From Candidatus Kuenenia stuttgartensis (GTDB taxonomy: Bacteria > Planctomycetota > Brocadiia > Brocadiales > Brocadiaceae), in the NCBI RefSeq assembly GCF_900232105.1, contig NZ_LT934425.1:3630001-3662000 (forward strand): a stretch of 32,000 nucleotides of DNA. Reading direction: 5' to 3'. Numbering within the stretch: the first letter of the stretch is position 1; each line of letters opens with the position of its first letter. Positions 9,081-17,159 of this stretch are shown here, piece after piece. Below the pieces are notes generated by a model. The model was not told where the DNA came from, searched no databases, and saw only the letters and a program-made list of their open reading frames with translations. The translations under genes and the position numbers were made by a program.

Positions 9081-10022
9081 ATGGCCAGAAAAAAAATAAC
9101 CATTATTGGCGCAGGGAATGTCGGAGCCACATTGTCACAACGCCTTGCAGAAAAGGAACTCGGAGACTTGGTACTTTTAGACATAGTGCAGGATATGCCG
9201 CAAGGAAAGGCCTTGGACATCCTGGAGGCAGGTCCTGTTTATGGATATAATACGAAAATCACCGGTGCGAACGGGTATGAAGAAACAAAGGATTCGGATA
9301 TAGTAGTTATCACCTCTGGTGTGTCGAGAAAACCAGGAATGAGCAGGGATGACCTGCTACAAATAAATACGGGTATCGTAAAAGGAGTTACTGAAAACAT
9401 AGCAAAGACCTCGCCGAATGCCATTCTTATCATAGTGTCTAACCCACTGGATGCCATGACATATGTGGCTTACAAAATCAGCAAATTTCCCAGGCGTCGC
9501 ATTATCGGAATGGCAGGCATTCTTGATGCTGCGCGTTTTAGCGCTTTTATTTCAATGGAGCTTGGTGTGTCCGTTGAAAATATCCATGCATTTGTCCTTG
9601 GAGGGCATGGGGATACTATGGTGCCCTCCACCCGGTATACCACTATTGCCGGCGTTCCTGTTGAAGAATTAATTCCACAGGAACGATTGAATGAAATTGT
9701 TGAGCGAACGAGAAATGGCGGCGCGGAAATTGTTAATTTGCTGAAAACCGGTAGCGCGTTTTACGCCCCTTCGGCAGCCGTTGTGGAAATGGTTGAGGCT
9801 GTTTTAAAAGACAAACGAAAGATAGCGCCATGCACCGCTTTGTGTGAAGGAGAATATGGAATAAATAATCTTTTTGTTGGTGTGCCGGTAATACTTGGAT
9901 CCAATGGGGTTGAAGATATTTTTGAAATCAAGCTCAACGAAAAAGAGTCCGTTGCTTTACAAAAATCTGCTAATGAAGTAAAACAGCTATGCAATAAGGT
10001 TGACGCATTATTGGGACTTTAA
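9081..10022 (+). CDS. mdh: Malate dehydrogenase (LDH-like)
   Basis: [17 protein letters not shown] Rossmann motif, [62 protein letters not shown]. Confidence 0.95.
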   Translation: MARKKITIIGAGNVGATLSQRLAEKELGDLVLLDIVQDMPQGKALDILEAGPVYGYNTKITGANGYEETKDSDIVVITSGVSRKPGMSRDDLLQINTGIVKGVTENIAKTSPNAILIIVSNPLDAMTYVAYKISKFPRRRIIGMAGILDAARFSAFISMELGVSVENIHAFVLGGHGDTMVPSTRYTTIAGVPVEELIPQERLNEIVERTRNGGAEIVNLLKTGSAFYAPSAAVVEMVEAVLKDKRKIAPCTALCEGEYGINNLFVGVPVILGSNGVEDIFEIKLNEKESVALQKSANEVKQLCNKVDALLGL

Positions 10023-10314
10023 AGCGTATCGCTTCTATTAAATAACTCACGAAGCAATCGCTTCGTGCTACAACTTTTTACGGAAAAGAGGGGGACTTTA
10101 ATTCCTGGGCTAAATCCATGCGCAAAGTGGACAGTTTAGCGCAGGAATTATGTATGGTGTCTCCTGAATTACCTGCGGTTGGATTCTTTACTATTAAATC
10201 AATATGTGAAGTGTATAAAAAAAACTTATAATACCCTTCACCTCCCGACACTCTACTTCTCTTTTTACGTCATTGTTATGCAAAAAACAAACTGCCAATT
10301 AGGTGAGCCATAAG

Positions 10315-11175
10315 ATGAAACTACTGTTGAAATATATGGATAGAATGCCTAAAATAATAATCGCAGCAAGCAGCTCTTTATTGGTTGTTTTTCTTGGCAT
10401 TATAGACTATGCCTCAGGTTCCGAGATATCGTTTTCAATTTTTTATCTGTTGCCTGTGCTAATGGCAACGTGGTTCGCCAAGCGAAGATATGGAGTCGTA
10501 ATCTCTGTTTTCAGTGCAATAACATGGTATCTGGCAGACATCAATTCTGGTCATGCATATTCGCATTATATAATTCCTGTCTGGAACTCGATTATGCGGT
10601 TAGGGTTCTTCTTAATTGTTACCTCCTCCATTGACAAAGTCAGAAATCTGTTAAATAAGGAAAAATCTATGGCGCGAAACGATTTTTTAACGGGAGTGGC
10701 TAATAGGCGTTTTTTTTATGAAATAGCTACAAAAGAAATAGAACGAATTGCAAGATTTATTCACCCATTGTCACTTGCTTATATTGATATCGATAATTTT
10801 AAGCAGGTAAATGATACCCTTGGTCACAGTGCCGGTGATAAACTCTTGCAAGTAGTTGCTGGCACAATAAAAGAAAACATTCGATCAATTGATACAGTAT
10901 CGAGACTCGGAGGTGATGAATTTGCACTTCTAATGCCAGAAACAAATGCTCAAAGTGCTATTACAGCTTTAAATAAATTACGACATGCTCTTTTAGATAT
11001 GGTGCATGAAAATAATTGGCCGGTGACTTTTAGCATAGGCCTTGTCACATGCTCCGAATCTTGCAAATTGAATGAATTAATAAAAGAAGCTGATAATCTC
11101 ATGTACACAATAAAAGCGAGCGGAAAAAACAGAATTGAAAATAAAGTCCACTCATTTAATAAAACAAGTGCATAA
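10315..11175 (+). CDS. Membrane-bound GGDEF diguanylate cyclase
   Basis: Several N-terminal TM helices, then NDFLTGVANRRFFYE ... DIDNFKQVNDTLGHSAGDKLLQ ... VSRLGGDEFALLMPE. The catalytic GGDEF is intact. ATG at 10315; the ORF track starts at an upstream GTG. Confidence 0.93.
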   Translation: MKLLLKYMDRMPKIIIAASSSLLVVFLGIIDYASGSEISFSIFYLLPVLMATWFAKRRYGVVISVFSAITWYLADINSGHAYSHYIIPVWNSIMRLGFFLIVTSSIDKVRNLLNKEKSMARNDFLTGVANRRFFYEIATKEIERIARFIHPLSLAYIDIDNFKQVNDTLGHSAGDKLLQVVAGTIKENIRSIDTVSRLGGDEFALLMPETNAQSAITALNKLRHALLDMVHENNWPVTFSIGLVTCSESCKLNELIKEADNLMYTIKASGKNRIENKVHSFNKTSA

Positions 11176-11368
11176 CATTTCAATCAAGGCTATGGGGAGT
11201 AAACGCTGTTTGGTTTTCAACAAGCTGGTTGCCATTGCGCCGTATTGTTTTCGTTAAGAGTTCATCAACCGCTGCAGATATCTTTGCGAACTATAATTGA
11301 CTGGCATTTTCAGACCAGTAGTTAAGATGCATTTTGGGTAGGATATAATAACAATGGAGGTCTGAAAA

Positions 11369-11740
11369 ATGAGAAAGAGTTCTAATACAGAATTTATGGC
11401 AAAAGTGGCATTAGAAGCGATCAGGGATGAAAAAACGCTAGCAGAGTTGTCATCACAGTACGAAATGCATAGGACGCAAATAGCAAAATGGCGTAAACGA
11501 GCGATAGAAGGATTAGGTGGGATATTTCAGGAGAAGGAGGCGAAGTTAGTCGGAGAGAAGGAGAAAGTAATAGATGAGTTGTATCGGCAAATAAGGAAAT
11601 TGAAGGTGGAGAACGAATGGCTTAAAAAAAATCTACACAGATTGAGCATTCATGAGAAAAGGGGGATGATAGAGGTTTACAATAAGGAGTTAAGCAGTGT
11701 GACTTTTTTGTGGTTACAGAGATCAAACCGGTACTATTAG
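11369..11740 (+). pseudogene. IS3-family OrfA-like transposase remnant; OrfB not recognisable
   Basis: EFMAKVALEAIRDEKTLAELSSQYEMHRTQIAKWRKRAIEGLGGIF (HTH of IS3 OrfA) and KLKVENEWLKKNL coiled coil. The sequence then drifts into NRYY-stop-PASGFE-stop with no DDE ORF. Confidence 0.75.
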
Positions 11741-11984
11741 CCAGCCAGTGGTTTCGAGTGAGACCGTAAATATTTCTTAACCAAGTTGTATTCCACATAC
11801 ATTTCAAACCGGCTGAACTGTTGCTATGCTTACTGCACACATCCTCCCTCGGTGTCGGAATGTGTGTTGTAAACATAAAAGTTAAAGTCTTTTTAAAAAG
11901 ACTAAAGAGTTACAAATATTTTAAAATATTTTTTTTGCCAAACCGCGATAATTTTCTTGACTAATTAATGTATTTTGGTAAAAG

Positions 11985-12080
11985 TGTGCATACAAAGGCA
12001 AACCAATCGTGAGGTTGGGACGCAAAGCCATGGGTCTTATTTTTTGGAAAGAATGCCAGGTTGCCACCTATAATGGTGTA
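11985..12080 (+). ncRNA. Cyclic-di-GMP-I (GEMM-I) riboswitch aptamer
   Basis: caaaGGCAAACCaatcGTGAggttGGGACGCAAAGCCaTGGGtC...aatgCCAGGTTGCC matches the GEMM-I layout: GCAAACC, a stem capped by a GNRA loop, GGGACGCAAAGCC, a second stem, GGTTGCC. Boundaries are approximate. Confidence 0.9.
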
Positions 12081-12218
12081 AAAGCTGTTTATTGATCAGG
12101 CGCTGAGCCGGTAAGTATTTTGTTTGTAAAAGGTTTAGCTATAAACTTACGGTTGAATCCCTTTTATAAAATGTGATGCTTTATTGATTAGGTTCAAGAT
12201 TTCAATAGGCTTTTAAGA

Positions 12219-12262
12219 TAACCCAAAACCCAAGGCATATGTGGCATATTGTCTTGGGTTTT
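12219..12262 (+). terminator. Intrinsic terminator between riboswitch and downstream ORF (probable expression platform)
   Basis: AACCCAAGGCATATG-TGG-CATATTGTCTTGGGTTTTTTTATTTT: strong stem followed by a T-tract, ~150 nt after the aptamer and ~65 nt before the start codon. Confidence 0.75.
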
Positions 12263-12327
12263 TTTATTTTACAATGGGTATAAAATTGTTGTTTTTGTTA
12301 GAGAAATTTTTTTTGGAAAGGAGTAAA

Positions 12328-13461
12328 ATGATGAAAAGGAAATTAGTTTTAAGTGTATGGACGATTGTATTTACAGGTATTTATTTGTCGTTTGTAGTGG
12401 AGGGGGCTGGAGCGGATACCCTTTATAAAACCAGCCTTACCGTCAGTGATTCAAGCGCTTTTGATGGAGACAAATTAGATGCAAGTGTTGAAATAAACAA
12501 AAATGGAAAAGTAAAATTATCAATATCCAATTTAATACATCTTGATACACTACTGTATGCCAATAAAACATGTGCCTTGGTAATTGAAACAGAAGTGAAC
12601 GATATCGCAAAGCCATATGAATTTCCATTTGAGATTGAAGAGGGAATTGCGTTGGAGGATATGGACCTTGTTCTTCAATCAGGCGATAAAGTGGAGATTG
12701 TAAGCGTCGTTATTAACGAAAAGGCTTCCCCTACAGGAACCCCAACGCCTTCTCCCATTGCCGTTGCTTCTCCTTTGCCGGCAGGTTCTCCAACTCCTGT
12801 TGCAACGGCATCTCCAATTGCAACCACCTCGCCCGTTGTGACGCCTACCGCAACTGTTGCGCCATACTCAACCTCTGTTTTGGAAGTTTCGGCAGAGATA
12901 TCCGGGGATGATGTTGAATTGCTGGTTCCGGGAGGTTTGATTACTGATGCCGAAATAACGCCTACACCAACGTCATTTGCCACGCCTGCGGCAACGCCAA
13001 CAGAACCTTCTGCAACTCCCACATCAACACCAGTCGAGACGCCTTCTGTAATAGAGGCATATGTGAGCTTCCAGTCAAAGACGATAAATCTTAATAGTAA
13101 CGGTAAGTTTATTGCCAATATAAAACTACCTTCCACGCATAATATCGAAGATATAGTATGTGAAACAGTAGTGTGTGAAGGTGCTGTTGCAATTGATTGT
13201 GATGAAAAAAAGAATAAACTTAAGGTCAAGTTTAATATAAGTGATTTAGAAGTTGGTTTAGATTTAAAAACAAGTGAATCACAAAGTGTTGAATTTACCA
13301 TTACAGGGGAATTATCAGATGGTACAAAATTCGAGGGAAGCGATACCGTTAAGGTGAAGGGAAGTAAGAAGGGAAAAAACGATGACAACGACGATGAAGA
13401 CGAAGACGATGATGATGGCGATAAAGGCAAGGACAAGGGAAAAGGGAAAAATCGACGCTAA
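12328..13461 (+). CDS. Secreted protein with Thr/Pro-rich linkers, a repeated beta-type domain and an Asp/Lys-rich low-complexity C-terminus
   Basis: SD ggaaaggag before ATG 12328, signal peptide MMKRKLVLSVWTIVFTGIYLSFVVEGAGA, linkers (TPTPSPIAVASP..., ITPTPTSFATPAATPTEPSATPTSTP), tail DDNDDEDEDDDDGDKGKDKGKGKNRR. The ORF-track start at 12241 falls in the terminator region. Confidence 0.8.
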   Translation: MMKRKLVLSVWTIVFTGIYLSFVVEGAGADTLYKTSLTVSDSSAFDGDKLDASVEINKNGKVKLSISNLIHLDTLLYANKTCALVIETEVNDIAKPYEFPFEIEEGIALEDMDLVLQSGDKVEIVSVVINEKASPTGTPTPSPIAVASPLPAGSPTPVATASPIATTSPVVTPTATVAPYSTSVLEVSAEISGDDVELLVPGGLITDAEITPTPTSFATPAATPTEPSATPTSTPVETPSVIEAYVSFQSKTINLNSNGKFIANIKLPSTHNIEDIVCETVVCEGAVAIDCDEKKNKLKVKFNISDLEVGLDLKTSESQSVEFTITGELSDGTKFEGSDTVKVKGSKKGKNDDNDDEDEDDDDGDKGKDKGKGKNRR

Positions 13462-13551
13462 TGAACAATCGTAGGATTGAGATTAAATTTGAATGGTTAA
13501 TCAAAGATTTTATTCGGTTAGAGGTATCGTAGAGAAAGGAAAAAACCTTTC

Positions 13552-13588
13552 CCAACCTCTTGAAAGAGAGGTTGGGAGGCTTTTCCTT
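13552..13588 (+). terminator. Intrinsic terminator-like hairpin
   Basis: CCCAACCTCT-TGAAAG-AGAGGTTGGG (13552-13577) followed by AGGCTTTTCC; 90 nt after the preceding stop codon. Confidence 0.65.
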
Positions 13589-13698
13589 TTGGGAATGTTG
13601 CAGACTATTAAAAAGGGTTGATTAGTAATAAAAGCTGCTGCCGATAAGATAGTTTGGTCAAAATTTGATATCACTTAGGAGGTGAAAAGGAGATTATT

Positions 13699-13890
13699 AT
13701 GGATAATACGTTGACAAATCTTGCGCAAAGCATGTCGAATAACGTGGTTATGGCAAAACAAGCCATGGAGTCAATGAAAACGGAAGGCGCTACAATTTTA
13801 AAGCTTATTGGGGATTCTGAAAGTGTGCGGACAGATAAGGGAGCAACTAATCCTGATGGTGTTGGTAAAAATGTTGACGTTTTCGCCTAG
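13699..13890 (+). CDS. Small 63-aa protein, possibly related to YjfB-type putative motility proteins
   Basis: Good SD (ggtgaaaaggag) and start; short helical N-terminus NTLTNLAQSMSNNVVMAKQAMESMKTEGATILKLIG resembles YjfB-like small proteins. The family call is by eye. Confidence 0.45.
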   Translation: MDNTLTNLAQSMSNNVVMAKQAMESMKTEGATILKLIGDSESVRTDKGATNPDGVGKNVDVFA

Positions 13891-13920
13891 GAACTTGTCC
13901 ATAAATATGGTCAAACAAAT

Positions 13921-14072
13921 ACTAACATTTTAATTTTTTGAAAAATTCCAATAATAACATTGTCTTGCCGCACGATATAGGGGCGAAGCATTTGCAATAA
14001 CTGGCATACATGCGTTCATGCCCAAACATGCAAATGCTTCGCCCCTACGGTTTCAAAAAACTAAAGTGTTAC
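13921..14072. repeat. MITE-like element, family A, copy 2
   Basis: ctaacattttaattttttgaaaaattccaataata ... GGGGCGAAGCATTTGCaa ... GCAAATGCTTCGCCCCta ... tttcaaaaaactaaagtgttac. Same layout and ends as 7526-7676, but the left end has diverged. Confidence 0.7.
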
Positions 14073-14123
14073 AACAAATAAGGTTCTCGAAAGAAGAACA
14101 ATAAAATTCATCGTAATAGGTGG

Positions 14124-14148
14124 CACGGACAAACTCTGTTTGTCCGTG
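14124..14148. repeat. Perfect 11-bp hairpin
   Basis: CACGGACAAAC-TCT-GTTTGTCCGTG. Confidence 0.7.
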
Positions 14149-14566
14149 TTGTTATGAGTTGAAGCAATTTTACTGACAAACAAGATTATCAGTGCTACCC
14201 ATCAAGCTGTCTGAGCGCAACGCAAATGCAGGCATTCCCAAACAGGGGTTTTTGGTAACGAGTCGTGTTTCTGCAATTTAATATATTACGTTGAATAGTT
14301 ACTCAAAAAACTATCAAAAGGAATAAAAAGAAGAATGACTTGAATACCCTGAGAATAGCGATAAAATAATATACTATTGCAAGCAAAAAAATAATAAACT
14401 ACATGGGAAATCCATAGGGAATTATACTGTAAGAGCTCACAAATAGGGATTTCTAAAATTAGATTCAACTTTTGTTGACATAAATAGTTATAGCATTTCT
14501 TAAATCACATTTTGTGAACCCCTTGAGTATAGTATAGGATAATTCATCACAATAAGAGTAATTTAT

Positions 14567-14706
14567 GTAACTTCTCAATAAGTTGTGTTTTTTATAATAA
14601 TTTCTACCTTCCACCGTCCATAATCTGCAATTTGCCGACTGTACAGTATTCCACATTAATAAAGGGAGCAGGGGCGGTGTTTACCTCAACCTATTGAGAG
14701 TTCTTA
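14567..14706. repeat. MITE-like element, family B, copy 1 (degenerate right end)
   Basis: GTAACTTCTCAATAAGttgtgttttttataataatttctaccttccac ... CTGCAATTTGCCGACTGTacagtatt ... cctattgagagttctta; matches 22311-22476. Confidence 0.7.
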
Positions 14707-14796
14707 ATTTATGAGGTATTTTATTACCTATCCTTCCGTAAATAGCCGCATGGTAACCGGTAAAAATGTCCCCATAAACTATCTAATCTTTATTTC

Positions 14797-16923
14797 ATGT
14801 TAAAGATAACAAAGGTTTCAGTTGTTCGATGCGAGGTCTATGACAAGGAAAAGATTTCTATTGCTCTTGCGCAAACGTTTGACTTTTTTGGCGGCCTTGG
14901 CAATGTAATAAATAAAGGGGCAAAAGTGCTCCTGAAACCGAACTTTTTGAAAGAAAGTAACTATGGCGATTGTACGGTCACCCACCCGCTTGTTATCGAG
15001 GGAATAGCGGAAAAACTATTAGAATTTGGAGCAACGCCAATAATTGGAGACAGTCCTGCTTTTGGGGCAGTGTCAAAGATTGTCAGACGTCTGAAGCTTG
15101 ATACATTTGCGGAAAAACATGGAATCGACATTGTCGAGCTTGATAACGCACGCAGGGTAAAAGCGCAATGCGGGACAAAGACCTTTAACTTAACGGTTTC
15201 CGGAAAGGCGTTAGATGTTGATGCTATTATAAATATTCCAAAACTTAAGGCGCATGTACAATTGTTATTTACCGCCGCAGTTAAAAATATGTATGGTTGT
15301 GTCAGTGGCAAAAGAAAGGTATGGAGGCATTTCCGGTCAAATAACGACATCAGATGGTATACGGAAATGTTATTGGCAAACTATCATAGGGTAAAACCAT
15401 CATTTACTATTGTGGACGCTGTTATGGCTATGGAAGAGCGGGGACCTTCGGGCGGGGTTCCCAGAAATGTGTCACTGTTAATTGGTGGAAAGGATTGCAT
15501 TGCCATTGACCGCGTTATTGGAGTATCTCCCTCACAGTCGCCTATTTTACAAACAGCAAAATTGCATAACATAGGAGAGCAAGATTTGAACAGAATAGAA
15601 ATTCATGGTGAATCATTGTCTGCCGCAAAGGTGAACAATTTCAGGCTTCCGAAATTAACACCAATAGGGTTCGGTTTTTTTAGAGTAGTAAAAAGTCTTT
15701 TAAAACACTTGTTGATGAAAAATTTCGGGAAAACAGCGTGTATCCTTTTTTTTTGTATCTTAACGTTAACTCTAAATGCTTTTTCTGAGGAAGAAAAGGT
15801 GACGAGATTAAAACATTTTCCGCAAAAAGTGGAGGTTGAGGATATTGTTCACGTGCCGACAGGGATAATAATGAATTTTACTGATGTATTAAAATTCTTT
15901 GATTCCGCCGGCATCATCTACGTGGGGGAAATACATGCCGTCGATGCTACTCATAGGGCGCAGTTAAAGGTATTGCAGGCGTGTTATGAAAAATACGGAG
16001 AAAATCTTGCTATAGGCATGGAAATGTTTACAAGACAGTATCAACCTTTTTTGGACCAATGGGTTGCCGGAGAGATTGACGAGAAGAAATTTCTGGAATA
16101 TACAGACTGGGATAAACAATGGGGATTTGACTATTACTTGTATAAAGATATATTGGACTTCGCAAGGGAAAAAAAGATCAGCGTACGTGCGTTAAATGCG
16201 CCAAAAGAAGTGGTTAAAATGGTGAGCGAAAAGGGGCTTGAATCTTTAACGGAGGAAGAAAAAGCACAACTCCCAGAAATAGATACAACAGGTTTTTTCC
16301 ACCGTATTTATTTGCAGGAAGTTATCGGCGGCCATATGCACGGGAAGGAAAATCTGGAAAAATATAATAATGTGCAGTGCCTTTGGGAAGAGTATATGGC
16401 GCAATCAATTGTGGACTATTTATCCTCATGGGAAGGTAAGGGTAAAAAAATGTTGGTTTTTGTGGGGAACGGCCACATAATCTACGATTTTGGCATACCG
16501 GCCAGGGTGTTCAGGCGCACTTTATTGCCGTATTATACTATCTACCCTACCGTGTTTAACGGCGGGATGCCGGGCGGGGACCATCACATGTTTATCTCTT
16601 CAATCCCCCTGGAGCCGGCGGATTTTATCTGGGTTGTAGCAACTACAACATCACAAACAAAGAGAATATATCTTGGCGTACATATACAAAACAGGGATGA
16701 TAAGAAATTAATTATACAAAAATTAAGTGAAGGCAGTCCTGCGGAGAAGGCAGGACTTATGGCAGGCGATGTTATCTTGGCGGTTGACGGCAAGGCGATG
16801 AATACTGTCGCTGAATTGGTACACTACCTTCAAACAAAGCAGTTTGGGGATTCGTGTACCGTTAACATAGACCGCGACGGCACTAAAATTACGTATGCAG
16901 TTACATTGTTTGAAATGAAATAA
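14797..16923 (+). CDS. Multidomain protein: DUF362 + internal hydrophobic segment + ChaN-like (DUF399/Tiki-type) + PDZ
   Basis: Residues 1-~300 DUF362-like (VLLKPNFLKESNYGDCTVTHPLVIEGIAEKL, GDSPAFGAV, IINIPKLKAHVQLLFTAAVKNMYGCVSGKRK). ~307-335 hydrophobic signal-like MKNFGKTACILFFCILTLTLNAFS. ~360-600 ChaN-like (VGEIHAVDATHRAQLKVLQACYE, IGMEMFTRQYQPFLDQWVAGEIDEKKFL, VFVGNGHIIYDFGIPARV). C-terminal PDZ (YLGVHIQNRDD..GSPAEKAGLMAGDVILAVDGKAM). Confidence 0.85.
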   Translation: MLKITKVSVVRCEVYDKEKISIALAQTFDFFGGLGNVINKGAKVLLKPNFLKESNYGDCTVTHPLVIEGIAEKLLEFGATPIIGDSPAFGAVSKIVRRLKLDTFAEKHGIDIVELDNARRVKAQCGTKTFNLTVSGKALDVDAIINIPKLKAHVQLLFTAAVKNMYGCVSGKRKVWRHFRSNNDIRWYTEMLLANYHRVKPSFTIVDAVMAMEERGPSGGVPRNVSLLIGGKDCIAIDRVIGVSPSQSPILQTAKLHNIGEQDLNRIEIHGESLSAAKVNNFRLPKLTPIGFGFFRVVKSLLKHLLMKNFGKTACILFFCILTLTLNAFSEEEKVTRLKHFPQKVEVEDIVHVPTGIIMNFTDVLKFFDSAGIIYVGEIHAVDATHRAQLKVLQACYEKYGENLAIGMEMFTRQYQPFLDQWVAGEIDEKKFLEYTDWDKQWGFDYYLYKDILDFAREKKISVRALNAPKEVVKMVSEKGLESLTEEEKAQLPEIDTTGFFHRIYLQEVIGGHMHGKENLEKYNNVQCLWEEYMAQSIVDYLSSWEGKGKKMLVFVGNGHIIYDFGIPARVFRRTLLPYYTIYPTVFNGGMPGGDHHMFISSIPLEPADFIWVVATTTSQTKRIYLGVHIQNRDDKKLIIQKLSEGSPAEKAGLMAGDVILAVDGKAMNTVAELVHYLQTKQFGDSCTVNIDRDGTKITYAVTLFEMK

Positions 16924-16954
16924 GGTGCGGTAAAAAAGGAGCATTATTGTTGAT

Positions 16955-17134
16955 ATGAAGAAAGAACCGATTCCCATCAGGATAGAAGAAGAATTGCACC
17001 GTTGTCCTCAGTGTGGATACGAGGATGGTTTTCATATGTCATTTATAAGGAGAGAAAAGAAGAAAACCGGGATTATCCTGATATGCCCAAGCTGTCACGC
17101 AAGGTATGACCCTGATTGGAGTATCGAATATTAA
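16955..17134 (+). CDS. 59-aa zinc-ribbon protein (not in the supplied ORF track)
   Basis: Translates as MKKEPIPIRIEEELHRCPQCGYEDGFHMSFIRREKKKTGIILICPSCHARYDPDWSIEY-stop; CPxC ... CPxC ribbon. SD-like aaaaaagga upstream (16931-16940). It is 59 aa, which is probably below the track cutoff. Confidence 0.65.
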   Translation: MKKEPIPIRIEEELHRCPQCGYEDGFHMSFIRREKKKTGIILICPSCHARYDPDWSIEY

Positions 17135-17159
17135 TGGGAAAAGAAGGGGAAATTCCGAT

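Noticed and set aside
11622-11876. 84-aa minus-strand ORF near the IS remnant
   Set aside because: It lies antisense to the transposase remnant and has no motif; more likely non-coding.
11369-11876. Complete IS3 element
   Set aside because: Only OrfA-like sequence is readable. I found no OrfB DDE region and no convincing terminal inverted repeats, so I call it a remnant.
12241-12327. Upstream start of the 12241 ORF
   Set aside because: This segment overlaps the terminator T-tract, and a well-placed SD plus ATG and a signal peptide occur at 12328.
12675-13436. 253-aa minus-strand ORF opposite the acidic-tail protein
   Set aside because: It mirrors low-complexity codons of the plus-strand gene (poly-Ser from GAT/GAC repeats); the plus strand has an SD, a signal peptide and a riboswitch leader.
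14465-14656. 63-aa minus-strand ORF
   Set aside because: It is partly encoded by family B repeat sequence, with no SD or domain.
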